A stretch of 63,872 nucleotides of DNA, filler included, from Craspedostauros australis (GCA_030167865.1; 9 parts of 9 records of this genome joined end to end with filler, not necessarily neighbours in it); one strand, 5' to 3'; shown: positions 21,289 through 34,072, counted from the first letter of the whole stretch. A program made the numbers and translations. Notes: generated from the sequence alone by a model not told the origin.

Positions 21289-23389
21289 GTCGGGTCGTTC
21301 AGTGAAGATCTACGTGGAGGATTCAGGTCCTGGAATTCCGATCGAGGATCGCCAGCATTTGTTTTCGAAGTTCAAGGAGACTCTGGATGTTGCGACACAA
21401 GGAGCCGGGATTGGCTTGTGTCTATGCAAGAACCTGATTGATATCATGGGAGGTGACATCTGGTTGGACGAATCGTACGACAGCGGCATCCCAGGCCAGC
21501 CGGGCACCCGTTTCGTCATCGATTTGAGGGAGACGCCGTCAGCGCCGTTGCACGACAGAAGTACCAATAGCATGCAGCTGGGGGTGGTCGGCGGCGGCCA
21601 CGGTAGTCGTCACGGTAGTCGTCATGGCGAGAATGGAAGTGTTGATCCCGGTGGCAGTGCCGTTTCTCAAAGCACACCAAGCACAGAAACAGAAGAGGGT
21701 GAAGATATTGGTTGTGTTCCTATTCACCAATGCAAGCCAACCACGACGACCACGACGACCACGATGACCACAGCAACCACCGCCGCCATCTCCACGAAAA
21801 CAGTTGGAAGCAACCAACGGACAGGCGAGCGAGGCAACTGGAAGTACAACATGTCTGACAAAGGCTGCCTCGATTCAAGTAGAACGAGTGCCGGGCAAGA
21901 TTCATACAGCGATGCTGACCGGCATTCGATAGTGCTGACATCAGCCAGCACATGTGGCATTCTGGAGGCCGGCAGTATGCATATTCATGGACAACAGCAG
22001 TTGCATCGGAGCAGCTCTCCAAGCATATCATCGATAGCAGAAGATGTGGCACCCAGCAACTCTGCGGCCCGAACGAGACGAGTTTCCGCTCCCGCACCAT
22101 TCTCTACTAACGATCAAATCGACAGTGGCGATCCACTCGTATCTTCGCCAACAGACGACGACGGCGACGACAGATTCAAGAAGGCGAGAGAACGCAGGAT
22201 GACTGTCCAATCTGCTTTTGCCGTTGACAATCGCATCAGCACCGCCCGTGTCGACAATGCCGACAATATCGACAATGCCGGCAATATCGACAATCGTGTC
22301 GGTGGCACCAGTGCTGTAAGTGCTGCAGGTGATGAAAGCGAAAGCAATGGCTCAAACAACAGAGACACCGCCAGCATTCAGTCCGATCACGCTGATCGGG
22401 CGATAGGTGTTGATGCCAAAGCCACCCCAGCCACATTTCCATCACCGCGGAAATCCTTGTCATCAACGGAATTGGTCCAATCGACGTTGCTGGGCAATCC
22501 TTTGCCTCTGAGTCCTTTCTCGTCACGTTCACCAGACGCTCGGGCCAGTGCTTCCAACCAAGAGACGATGACACTACCGCCGGCATCACTACCACCGCCG
22601 CCGCTGCCATTATTCCCTGTGGAGTTACAGCCACTGACAGAGGTAGAAAACAATGCCGACACCACCGCCGCCACCACCACCACCACCAACAACAACAACA
22701 GTGACAGCAGCGGCATGGGGGACAAGAGCAAGGGCAGTCCATCGGATGGACATACTCATACATCTGAAGCGACAGGAACTGGCAAGACCACAACGCCAAC
22801 AGCACCAACGGCACCAACGAGGAAATCCAATGGCAAACCACACAACAATCCTGATTCTAGCACAATGATAGCATCAGTACCTCCAGCACCGACAGCTGCT
22901 GCAGTCACTGCGGCAGCAACGCCGGCGACAACGACAACGACAACAACCGCGAATGCTGATTTGCCGAGCATGTCCGAAGCACAAGACAAGCGACTTCCTG
23001 AGGTCCTATCTGTCCTATTTGTCGACGATGATAAAGTGCTGCGCAAGCTGTTCGGACGATGCATCAAGAGGGCATTCCCGAACTGGTCCGTGAAGGAAGC
23101 ACCCGACGGCGAAACCGCGATAGATATGGTTTCAACACAAGGTGACAGCGGCAAATCGTTTGACTTGATCTTCATGGACCAGTACATGTCAACGACAGAG
23201 AAGAGGATGCTCGGTACAGAGACGGTGGAGGAATTGAGGAAACGGGGAGTAAAGAGCAGAATCTGCGGGCTGTCAGCAAACGACGTTGGCACCGAGTTTT
23301 CTGCCGTGGGTGCCGATGCCTTCATCTGCAAGCCTTTGTCATTCAACAAGAAGGAACTCGAGAAGCAGATTGAATGGATCATGTCCTGA
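21289..23389 (+). CDS. 3' part of the hybrid histidine kinase (HATPase G boxes, linker, receiver); same sequence as 34477..36577 on the opposite strand
   Basis: VEDSGPGI, GAGIGL, LFVDDD, DLIFMDQYM, CKP; translation identical to the 34477..39201 C-terminus. Confidence 0.9.
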
Positions 23390-24110
23390 AGCAGTGGCGC
23401 CTGGGCTGTTCGCAATCTTCTCAACAGCCTCAACAGTCTCAACGGGGAGTGAGAGGTGGCATTGGAGGAAAGGAGAGGAGAGAGAGATAATCTGAATAGA
23501 TGGATCATTCACATGCTGGAAAGGGTACCGCTGAGAGGTATTTGGGTGACCTTGAACATGAGTCGAGTCTGGTATGGCATGGTATAGTATGATTGGCAAG
23601 CCAAACTGCATAGTATCGCAGGTGACTGCGTACACAACAGAGTGGCATGAAACCGCCATGACAAGTATTCCTGGTCTTCGCCACCTCTGGCAACCGAAGA
23701 GAGCGAGAGAGGCCAGAGTGTGGCGGATAGTAATGAGACTATCGTGTTATATTGTACAAGCCTTCAGTCTGTGTTTTCATGTATTTCTCTTCACCTTCTA
23801 CGGTGTTCTCCGTCAGAATAGGTAGTACACGCATGCCTCTGCTCGTGTCTAACCTGCGCGGTTTCAACGTAGATCGGCATGCCCTATCAAATCCAGAACC
23901 TGCCAAGCACCATTCACGAGAGGACGAGGCTGGTCTTGTTGATGGCAATGCTCTCTTTTGGGCATCCCCACCGCGTTCGCAGCTTGAGGTGGATGCCATC
24001 CATCGAGCAGACGCAACAAGTGCGGAGGCCCATGACACGTCACCTCGCCACGTCCAGTTGCAGTGCCATCTATCTGCCCCCGCAGCGTAAACACCCACTT
24101 GCGCCCCGCA

Positions 24111-25880
24111 TCACCGCTGCGACGACGTATCCGACGTGGTCTGCGGCAGCTGACGACCCGGTTGCAGATAGACGACGATGTCCTTGTTTTCGCGCAGCCA
24201 CGTTCCGAACGTGAAGACGCTGTTGAAGAAGGACGCCCACACGGCGAAGTATGAATTCTGAATGCCGTTGAAGACGCCGCTGACGCCCGTGTTGGCAAAG
24301 ATGAGGAAGTAGTAGGCGCCCATCATGATGAATATGACGACGCCCTCGACGTGACGCCATCCGATGACGAAGGAGCACAGGCGGATGGAGGATGTGGCGT
24401 AGTGATTGAGCAGCAGCGCCACGATGCAGACGGCGACGAGGGACCAGATGATGCAGAGGACGTAGACCCATTCCTCGCGGCTGAGATCGACCTCACGTCC
24501 GCGGTTCTGCAGGACGAGCTCATCGCGGTAGTAGAAAATGTCGGTGGATGCGAGAGCGAAGAAGAATGTGAAGGCGAGGAGCCACATCCAGTTGAAGGTC
24601 GTCTCGCGGTGGTGCAGGACGATCTGCTCGGCGATGGATGACTTGCCGGCCGATGTGCGCCACGTGCCGTAATTGACGGCGCTGGCCACGATGCCGATCC
24701 AGCTGGTGAAGAAGACGTTGGCCTGCAGTTCGCCGACCGACAGCGCCGTCGTGTTGGCGAAGACGAGGGCGCACCAGAACAAGCAGAGCAGGACGAGGAG
24801 GCATTGCTCGGCCCTGCTGCCACCGCGGAAGATGTAGAACCAAAGTCTGGGGAAGAAGATGGTGTCGTAGTGCATGAGGAGGACGAAGAAGAAGATGGTG
24901 ACGCCGACGCTGGAGAGCACCAGGCCGAGGATGAGCTTCCATCGCAGGACGGGTCCGTTGACCGAGTTGAAGTACTGGTCGCTGTCGTATGCGTTGATGA
25001 TGTCGCTGGACAGGCTGCCGGTGTCTTCCTGTTGGAGCCAACGACGCAGGCCATCTGCCGCTGCTGCCACTGTCACGTTCGTGTCCGCGTCGCCGGCTGC
25101 ATCAGCGGAAGTTTCGTTGGCCGCATCCTTGGAGGTGCTGCCATCGAGGTAACGGAAGAGGTCGAAGATGGAGTCGCTCTCCTCATCCTTGTAGAACTGG
25201 ACGATGGAGATGAGCATGACGGTGCAGGCAAGGAGCTGGAACCAGTAGCCGGCGAGCTGCGGACTCGCACGGATGTCCTTCTTCGAGAGATGCGGCTTGC
25301 GTCGTCCGCTCTGGCGCTGCTGGAATTGTTCGTGCCTTTGGTTCGATCCAGATCGACCTGCCAGCTGACCACCCTCGTTTGGTCTGCCTTGTGCACCAGA
25401 ACCTTCGGCCTCGTTGCCCTTGTTGTTGCCACCATCGTTGGCGCCGCTTCCAACGGCGTTGTTTGCATTTGCGTTGGCATCCTCCGTCGCGGCAGCATGA
25501 TTCCCATGCCGGACAGTGCGCTGGCTCTGCTGACGATCCGTCTGAGAATCGTCTTCGAATTCAGCGAAGGAGAAGTTGGACGGCAACTTGCGGATGATGG
25601 AAGGACGGAACTTGACGACCTTGCGCGAATTCATCCGCGGTGACGTGTTGGGCGACGACGCTCTGCGATTGGCCGGTGCGGACCTGTTGGCAGCAGGCAC
25701 CGAGAACTCCTGCGACGAGTGCAGCTCGCCCGTGGCTCCCGTGTTGGCCGCATGGGAGGCGGAGCCTAGCGACGTGGATCCTGCGCCTCCAGATGCCTGT
25801 CCCTGCCGTCCCCTTGTTGGTGAGAACGCTGAGAACTGAGAGGGCGCGTCCGTGTCTCGCAGCACAATTCTGGTCGGCAT
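24111..25880 (-). CDS. Multipass membrane protein of unknown function, 589 aa
   Basis: Disordered N-terminus, then about 8 hydrophobic helices in two similar blocks ending ANVFFTSW and NSYFAVWASF; strong coding bias. Confidence 0.85.
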   Translation of the reverse strand: MPTRIVLRDTDAPSQFSAFSPTRGRQGQASGGAGSTSLGSASHAANTGATGELHSSQEFSVPAANRSAPANRRASSPNTSPRMNSRKVVKFRPSIIRKLPSNFSFAEFEDDSQTDRQQSQRTVRHGNHAAATEDANANANNAVGSGANDGGNNKGNEAEGSGAQGRPNEGGQLAGRSGSNQRHEQFQQRQSGRRKPHLSKKDIRASPQLAGYWFQLLACTVMLISIVQFYKDEESDSIFDLFRYLDGSTSKDAANETSADAAGDADTNVTVAAAADGLRRWLQQEDTGSLSSDIINAYDSDQYFNSVNGPVLRWKLILGLVLSSVGVTIFFFVLLMHYDTIFFPRLWFYIFRGGSRAEQCLLVLLCLFWCALVFANTTALSVGELQANVFFTSWIGIVASAVNYGTWRTSAGKSSIAEQIVLHHRETTFNWMWLLAFTFFFALASTDIFYYRDELVLQNRGREVDLSREEWVYVLCIIWSLVAVCIVALLLNHYATSSIRLCSFVIGWRHVEGVVIFIMMGAYYFLIFANTGVSGVFNGIQNSYFAVWASFFNSVFTFGTWLRENKDIVVYLQPGRQLPQTTSDTSSQR

Positions 25881-26511
25881 CGTTGCTGTTGTTGCTACTC
25901 TTGTTGATGCTGTTGCTGTGGATCACTCTGATTGTAGCAATGGCAATGGTGTTGATGTTGATGTAACACTGCAACCGGGATGGTCTTGTCGATTGTGTGG
26001 ATGTTGTCAAGACTGATGCGAGGCGTTCTTGTGGAGGCGTTGTGGGAATCGAAATCGTCGTGCTGTGGTGCCAGTTGTCGTGCATCTCTTGTGTTCGTGT
26101 TTCTTGTGCGCAATCGTACTGTTACATCTTTGAAAATTATGAGAATCGCATTGTGGACGTATTTTAGTCGTGTTCCAGACAGCCAACAACCACAACTCCA
26201 CACAATGAATTAACTCCAAACATGGCGCAAATGGGAATACTGAACTTAGGAAAGACTCACAAAACACTGAAGAAGGCCCTTTTATATCGTGTCTCCAACC
26301 CCAAACACGAGAAATGGAGAGGTTGGCATCAACTTCGCAAAAAGAACAGTGATGGCCGCGCAGATCCAACGTCTCGCTTCATCAACCACACCCAGAGCTC
26401 ATCACCATGTTCTCAGAATTCTTAGAATAGCAAACAACCCCGATTCACACACGCACGGTCTTCGTAGAATAGTATTCTATTAGTAACAAACAGAACAAAC
26501 ACAAGCACATC

Positions 26512-28917
26512 ATGTTCTGTGCAGGACTGTTTTCTGTGGCTGGCGGCTCCAACTACAGCAGCAGCGTGAATAACATCGATAAGTTGTGCGATGTGTACAA
26601 GCAAGGCGACTTGGAAGTGGTGCGGACCGTCATCGAATCGAATGCATCTCGCCACGCTGTCAAGATCGACAACTGGAGATTCCGCCGTCTGTGTTTCGCT
26701 TGGCACCTCTCCACCATCCAGTATCTCGTCGAGTCGGACCTTGTCGAGGTCGATGTCAATGCGCGTAATGGATTTGGGCATACGATCGTCATGGAGGCTT
26801 GTTCCAGCGGCCACCACGCGTTGGTCAAGTATTTGGCGCGATGCGATGCAACGCGTGTGGACCTGCGAGACAATGTGGGAGACATGCTGCTTCATCATGC
26901 TTGCGCAAGCAGGAGCAAGGATCTTGTGCAGCACCTGCTGGAATCGGCGCAAGTGGATGTCAACGCGACAGGCAGGCACGGGGAAACGGTCTTGGCCCAT
27001 GCCTGCCGATACGGAGCGACGGACATCGTTCAGTACCTCTGCACCACGCAGCATGCCAACGTCGATCAATACATCGCGGGGCAGGCCGGCGACATGCCCA
27101 TTCACATCGCTTGCGCCAAAGGATCGCTCCCGATCCTCAGGTGCTTGATGGAGGCGGATCCAACCAACAGCGTTTGCAACCTGGCGGATCACGATGGTAT
27201 TGCGCCGTTGCATTACGCATGCCGACGTGATGACACAGAAATGCTGCAATGCTTGATCACTTTAAGTCACGGCAACATCGATGTCAACGTCAGGGACCGC
27301 GATGGCAAGACGCCGCTGCATTACGCATGTCAGCACGACAGATTGGAGGTCGTGAAGTGCCTGATCAATTCCAATGTCTCCCTTGATGCCAACATCCAAG
27401 ACAACCACGCAGACACGCCATTCCATGTGGCGTGTCGCAAAGCCACGAAGGAGATGGTCCAATTCATGGTGGAATCGGGCGAGCTCAATACGGATCTCAA
27501 CGTGACGAACCGATTGGGCGAAACTCCATTCCACAGTGCATGCGCGAACGAGGACGCAACCGTGGCACCGTACCTGGCTGGATTGGGTGCAGACATCAGT
27601 CTCACCATCCAAGACAGCACATTCGGCAACACGCCGATACATAATGCATGCAGAGCAGGCAGCATCGACATCTTGGATAAGCTGGCGCAAATGCGTGAAG
27701 CGTTCCGCATCTGCAACAAGGACGGCGATACACCATTTCACGTCGCCTGTCGATGCAGTCATGTGGAGTTGGTCAAATACCTGATCCAATCAGAGCGGGT
27801 GGATGTCAATGTCGAGACAAGAAACGGAAAAGGTGACACGGCATTTCACATCGCTTGCGCCATCGATAACACTGCATTGCTTGGGTATCTTCTCGATCAA
27901 CATGTTGGGAATGTACGTCAAGCCAACAATGTCATGAACGTTCAAAACCACGATGGCAACACGCCGGTCCATCTGGTACTTCTCAACTCTCTGTTTTCCA
28001 GCTCTCGTTTCCTCGCGACGCACGCATCCAAGTTCGTCCACGTCGACGCCACCATCCAAAACAGCGACGGCAACACGGCGTTGCATATCGCCGAGAATGA
28101 CATGAGGGAACATCCAGCCCGGTGGCTGCTTGGCCTCGACTCCATCGTGATCGATGCCACCATCCCAAACAACGACGGCAACACGGCGCTGCACATCGCA
28201 TGCATGAGATACTTCAACACAGCCGCTTTGGTCTTGCTCGCTTCGGACCAGCTGGCCGACGTCGATGTCAACATCCAGAACAACGACGGCAACACGCCCT
28301 TCCACATCGCCTGCCAACGCATGCGCACGGTCGATTTCAAGCTCCTGCTGCGAGCGCACCCCAGCAGAATATATTCCTGCATCGCAAATAACGATGGCGA
28401 CACTGTGCTGCATCTGGCTTCCAGGAAACGCCAATTCTGCCCCTTCAGCGAAGAACTGCAGCTGGGCTGGCTCTACGACCACATCCGCACCAAGGTCGTG
28501 TCATCCCACAAGCTCGGAGCTGAGTGCACCAATACAGATGCGATGCATCGCCTCATCCAATTGGCGCAGCCAATCGCCAATATCCAAAACAAGCATGGCA
28601 ACACCGCGTTGCACGACGCGTGCGCGAAGGGCCACATCGACAGGGTCATATCGTTGATGCGATGCGAAGGAGCCAATGTCTCGATCCAGAATCACGATGG
28701 CGACACCGCATTGCATCTAGCGTGCCGAGAGAATCAGCGAAACGTGGTGAAGGTCTTGGTCGAAGTCGACAACGCATCTCTTGGTTTGAATCTCACGAAT
28801 AACGCGGGTGAAACCGCACTGGATGTTGCGAAGAAGCGAGGGCACGGTTTCGTCACCATGCTAGTTGCTGTTGGCATACCGGCCACAAGACACCCCGAGG
28901 AGTGTAGTCGTGGGTAA
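26512..28917 (+). CDS. Ankyrin repeat protein, 801 aa
   Basis: About 20 repeats of the type D-G-x-T-P/A-L-H-x-A-C. Confidence 0.93.
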   Translation: MFCAGLFSVAGGSNYSSSVNNIDKLCDVYKQGDLEVVRTVIESNASRHAVKIDNWRFRRLCFAWHLSTIQYLVESDLVEVDVNARNGFGHTIVMEACSSGHHALVKYLARCDATRVDLRDNVGDMLLHHACASRSKDLVQHLLESAQVDVNATGRHGETVLAHACRYGATDIVQYLCTTQHANVDQYIAGQAGDMPIHIACAKGSLPILRCLMEADPTNSVCNLADHDGIAPLHYACRRDDTEMLQCLITLSHGNIDVNVRDRDGKTPLHYACQHDRLEVVKCLINSNVSLDANIQDNHADTPFHVACRKATKEMVQFMVESGELNTDLNVTNRLGETPFHSACANEDATVAPYLAGLGADISLTIQDSTFGNTPIHNACRAGSIDILDKLAQMREAFRICNKDGDTPFHVACRCSHVELVKYLIQSERVDVNVETRNGKGDTAFHIACAIDNTALLGYLLDQHVGNVRQANNVMNVQNHDGNTPVHLVLLNSLFSSSRFLATHASKFVHVDATIQNSDGNTALHIAENDMREHPARWLLGLDSIVIDATIPNNDGNTALHIACMRYFNTAALVLLASDQLADVDVNIQNNDGNTPFHIACQRMRTVDFKLLLRAHPSRIYSCIANNDGDTVLHLASRKRQFCPFSEELQLGWLYDHIRTKVVSSHKLGAECTNTDAMHRLIQLAQPIANIQNKHGNTALHDACAKGHIDRVISLMRCEGANVSIQNHDGDTALHLACRENQRNVVKVLVEVDNASLGLNLTNNAGETALDVAKKRGHGFVTMLVAVGIPATRHPEECSRG

Positions 28918-29181
28918 CAACGAGCCATGCCATGAAGCAGCGCCGTTCACGGTACGAGCACATAAGTATGAATGTATGTATGAGTTTATGCATGTGTGTA
29001 TGCATGTAAAGTGAAGTCTATTCAATGGGCATTGAGGGTATGTGTGGGATGGTAGAACATACCATTATCGTATGGTGGTCTACCAACAGTAAGTGTAGAG
29101 CATATTAATCCCGTCTGACACCACCCAGTCATGAGACAGTCCGCCTCAACCCGCCTTGCGCGTGATTCGCCCGCCCCCGCG

Positions 29182-29778
29182 CTACGCGCTGACAGCCGCC
29201 GACGATTTCCTCACGTTGAAACTGCCGCCGTTGACCTGCTTGGCTGCGTTGAGTGACTTGCGGATGTACTTGGGCAGCTTGAACATCTTATCCCACGCCT
29301 TGTTGGCCTGCATCGTCTCCATCCGCTGCTTGCGCAAGCCGTCGGCCTTCGTGGCGGCCTGGGCCATCTCCTCCTCGCTGTACCCCTGCGCATCGAGCCG
29401 CTTGCGACGGCGTTCGCGCGAGATCATGAGATCCCTTCCCTTGCGTCCATACGACAGCGGCCGTCGCGCGATCTCGTGGCGTTGGTACTTGCTGACGCTG
29501 GCGAAGACCTCGACGGCGCAGTGCTGCGGTTGCAGGGCGATGGGGCAGCCGCTCGTGCAGGCGGGGTTGTCGCCGATCGTGGGCTGGAACTGCGTCACCG
29601 TGACCTTGCCGAACTTGACCTTCTGCTTCAGCTTGATGTTGTCGCTGGCTGTCTGGGACGGCGGCACGAGGCAGGACCTGATCAGCTCGCCCGTTCGGGG
29701 ATGCCTCGCCTTGTGCTGCGGGAACATGCTCGTCAGGTTCGATGAGCCTGACTGGGATTTGCGCCGTTTAATCATCAT
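29182..29778 (-). CDS. Diatom-type hypothetical protein (V-x-F..V......TIGDNP...G.PI.L family)
   Basis: KVKFGKVTVTQFQPTIGDNPACTSGCPIAL and ERRRKRL..GYS; ATG in caaccATG context at 29778. Confidence 0.78.
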   Translation of the reverse strand: MMIKRRKSQSGSSNLTSMFPQHKARHPRTGELIRSCLVPPSQTASDNIKLKQKVKFGKVTVTQFQPTIGDNPACTSGCPIALQPQHCAVEVFASVSKYQRHEIARRPLSYGRKGRDLMISRERRRKRLDAQGYSEEEMAQAATKADGLRKQRMETMQANKAWDKMFKLPKYIRKSLNAAKQVNGGSFNVRKSSAAVSA

Positions 29779-29806
29779 GGTTGCCACTGCTATTGCAATA
29801 TATTAT

Positions 29807-29860
29807 TATATGCTATATGCTATATGCTATATGCTGTATGATATGATATGATATGATATG
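29807..29860. repeat. Compound microsatellite (TATATGC)4 then (ATATG)n
   Basis: Directly visible, just upstream of the 29778 start. Confidence 0.9.
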
Positions 29861-32668
29861 TGCGTGTTAGAGTGTTGCTGCTGTGCTCTCTGTCAATCCC
29901 TTTGGTTGATCGTCCGTTTTGTGTGCAAAGTATGGCTTCCTCTCCTTTTCCTTCTTTCTTCCTCCCTGCCTCTTCGCTTCGTTTCTTGTGGACCTTGTGC
30001 AAAGAAGGAGGGTTGAGCGAAGAAGCAAGCAGCATCTGTCTGTCTGAATGCGTGGAGGGGCGGTACTCATCTCTGTCTCTGTGTGGTGCCCACGATGACA
30101 GGTTTGGACGTGATGGAGATCGCGCATGGTTCGTGGGCTATGGCGGCGCGGCCGACGACTGTTTCGTCCAACAAGTCACCATCACGCAGTTGTGACCAAA
30201 GCGCAAGAAATCCGATTCCTCCCATTTGTGGTTGCAAAGAAGGGAATGCTTCCAACATGCGAACAAGTATCCTTCTGCACGATCAAAAAACTCACTCGGA
30301 CAGAAGCCAAATCCTCTTTTGCTTTTAACCGAGATGACCACCTACGACGTGGCAAAAAAGCCCAAACAAGACAGACAATAGCCTCCGGAGCAACTTTCCG
30401 AATGACCCCTCCAACGTTTGGTCCGACTTTCTCGATGTGTTAAACTCTGCCGCAATCACAAACATCATGACATGATCGCGGCTTGCCACTTTGTGCAATT
30501 GCGCTGCGTGCTATCGCTCCAATCTGGCTTCAGTGCCGTCGATACGTTCTTTGTCATTGATAATAGTATTCGTTTTGTTGGGTGGACGCCAAAAACGAGA
30601 ACACAACGAAGACAGCCACACCATCGTCTAGCTCGCACGCTGTAGCGAAAGTGGTCCTCAAATCGGATGTGAAAGACGACACGGGAGGCAGATTTCGGTT
30701 ACTTCTCTGTTGTGGATTCTCTGGAACTGTCAACATCGAGGCTCTGCACAAGCTTTGGCCCTCCAATGTATCCTCTGCCATAGCCACCTCTTTGATGACA
30801 AAAGGAGGCCAAGACTGCATTGGATGAGGCGATGCAGCGTCGAGTAGAGCAGGATAGAATTGAGCCGATTGCTTTCCTTGCTTTGGTGGCTGCGGACTAA
30901 CACAGAGTACTTGGATCTATTGGATCTCATGTGATGATAGCGCAGAGGACAGTACCTACTCTGATACAATCTGGTGGATTGGGTGAGAGGAGAGGAATAC
31001 TCGTACGAGCTACGGTGTGGCACACTCAGGTTCCAGGAGGCATCCAGCTGTCTCGACCAAGAGCAATGATAAGGCCTATCCAAACACTAGTGTTTGTTGT
31101 TGAGTAACTTTTGAGGACAGTCTTAAATCTACAGTATACAAATTATTACCGTAGATCCCAATACACCCTCCATATCAACACACAGATCCATCATGCGGCC
31201 ACACCCACAAGATCATGCACTCGGATGGCGACAATTCACAACCAAACACACACGCGCCGACGACCCCATCCACCACCTTGAAAGGACAACGCTGACTTTC
31301 CCACTGACACAGGTCGACGATGCACCATGGCCAAGGCAAAGCACTCCATCATCCTCAACTCATTCTTGGATGAAGATCACTGTGGACAGAGGCTCTGGGA
31401 TGCGCAGAACCGTCAAGCACAAATCAGAGGGATTTAACAAGTGATCTCTTGAGTATCACCGCATCGGATCGCCTTGTTGGAGATTCAGATTCCGTACCAC
31501 GATTGACATGCGATGTTACGGCGTGGGCCGTCTATAACCCCGTCCAGGACATCATCGCTGCGTTTGCAGTTCGATCGAGGCGTCTGTATCTTTGTAGGCA
31601 CGTCGCGTGTGGTTGGTCTCTTGTTTCATCAAGCGGCATCTAGATCGTTGGTTGCGAATTCTAGTTGCGAATGTGAGGAGATGCACACCAGATCGCCGCA
31701 GAACAAGCAAGAACAATCCATGCTCAACCATGCGGGAGGAATGCATGCAATGGATGGACGACGCGCTGCAAGATCAAAAGAAAATGGCAAAGAGATAGGA
31801 ACCGAACCCGGGGATTGAACCCGAAACTGATGTTCCTGACCCACCCAAGCAGTGTGAGTGCCAAGCACATCATCAAATCGCACAAGCCCCACTGCACACA
31901 TCACAGATACTATCCGCGCGTTGATGCCAATTTGGGACAGCTCAGCGCCAAATGTGTCGACGTCGTCGCCCATGTATTCACAACAATAGAGCAACACCAG
32001 CGAATGGATGAGTGAACAAAGATACTATCCAAACTTTTCAGCATCACCGTTTTTGTTTGGGTGTCGCCTCATTTCGTGAAAGAATATCGTTGCGCGCGTG
32101 GCCGTATATGAATCTTGGCTACAACGTCGATTGATCTTGTCGATCCATGCTTGCAATTAACGAGATACGTTATTATTCCGTTATACTAATTTGAATGACA
32201 TCCACATTTCGGCGTTCGGATTGGTGAGAGAGTTGGCGATGGGAACGACAACTGTGGCGGTGCCAACAGTGTCGCCGTAGGTAAGTATGGGAGGAAGAGA
32301 GAAAGATTGGTGAGGGAAAGGGAAAGATCGTAACGATGTCTGTTAATAGTACTCAAGAGTGGCCATGACTTCTCCCTGTGTTTGCGCGTCCGGAAGTGGC
32401 CTCTTGAAGTTTGTCGACAGCACGTGCTGCAGAAGAAACACAAACGGAGAGGGTGAGAGTGAGTGAGAGTGAGTGAGAGTGAGAGCGAGAGTGGATGAAA
32501 CAGTAGTATCGCAACACGTCGCAACGCAGTCATCGAAAGGAAAGGCAGAACAAACTCGAACTTCACATCACATCTTCACATCAACTTCTCACAATCTTTC
32601 CATCAGACACAAACGCAACTCAGCTCAACCCAAAGTAACAACAACAACAACAACAACAATCCAACAAC

Positions 32669-34005
32669 ATGGTGTTCATCAGTCACAGAGTCCTTGCGGC
32701 CGCGCTTGCCCAGAGCGTTGTCTTTGCGGATGTGTCCGTCGTGGGCCACAACGGTAATAACAACAACAACAGAGACGATGTCGATGTCGATGTGCAACGC
32801 AAGGAGGATGCGGCCGTGCTGGAGTTCCGAAAGGACGAGGCAGAGAAGGGCCTGAGGCGCGCCTCCCCAGAGGTTGCTTCGAAGAAGGACAGCGCCACCA
32901 CCGTGACGCAGCAGATCCCGAGCCACGAGAAGCAGGAGCCGAAGCTGGCCGTCATGCTGGACGAACCAGCAACTCCAGCGAAGGCCTCCGAGAGAACGGA
33001 CACCGGCGTCCTCAACAAGAAGCCACGCTCGGTGCGCAGCCGCAACAGCTCCCCCGATGAATTGCCAGAGGTCGACTCCGCCGCCCAGGTGGACTTCGGC
33101 ATGGTGGCAGCCAGCGCCGCCGAGGGATCCATCGAGTCCCTCACGAAGATGCGCCGCCAGATCAAGGGAAGCGCACCAGGCGGCAAGAGCAACAAGGGCA
33201 ACTCCAAGAGCTCCAAGGACACCATCCCCTCGTTCTCCGGCACGGCCGAGGAAGTCACCATGCAATGCGCCGTCGCGGGCGCCGACTGCTGCTGCTCCGA
33301 CTGCGACGACGAAGCAACGGCCGACTTCATCTACCCCATATGCGCGTGGAACGGCACGGTCACCGTCTACGCCGGAAGCTGCAACGGCGACGGCGCCTGC
33401 TTCATCGGGCGCAACAAGACGGTCGATTTCACCATCGGGCCCTACTCGTGCAACGGCTTGTACGCCTGCTACGGTGCCTACAACGACATCGGCTTCGACT
33501 CGTGCAACTCCTACGCGGCGTGCAACTTCATGTACGCGGGGCGAACCGTCGGCGATTTTAGCTGCAACGCGCCCAGCGCTTGCGAGTTTTCATCGGGTGC
33601 TGTCGGTGACTATGCTTGCAACGGCAACAAGGCTTGGTGAGTTATGGCGTTGATGATGATGCAATGTTTTTTTTGGATCTTTCTTGATGTGTTCTCGTTG
33701 TTGTGGGGCCAACTGTGTTCGCGAATGCCGACATCCAACTCACACCCAATTGATTGCGTTCTCTCGACTCGTAACATGATTTGTGTTGCAATACTACTAT
33801 ATGCCATCGCCAACACTCCCAACGCAGCTACCTGGCAACGGCAGGAGCAGGATCGGGCAGCTGCAACGCCTACCAGGCCTGCCTCTTCACATCCGACACC
33901 ATCGGAAACGGCCAGTGCAACTCGCCCCAGGCATGCGACGACCCACCGCCGGCATTCTACATGGCGCCCACCTTGCCACCGGCAGCATCTCCAAGCAGGC
34001 GATGA
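32669..34005 (+). CDS. Putatively secreted Cys-ladder repeat protein; exons 32669..33636 and 33828..34005
   Basis: Signal-like N-terminus, charged linker, SCNGxxAC repeats. Intron GTGAGT..GCAG (33637..33827) splits a TG|C Cys codon and splicing restores the repeat register. Confidence 0.85.
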
Positions 34006-34072
34006 ACAGCACCGCGCAACACAACGCAACTGTCATGTCATATCATATTATCCAATGTTCGTTCATAAAATA

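Noticed and set aside
31801..31880. tRNA-like T-arm (TCGGG-TTCAATC-CCCGG) on the minus strand
   Set aside because: No matching acceptor stem, D-arm or anticodon arm at the expected distances.
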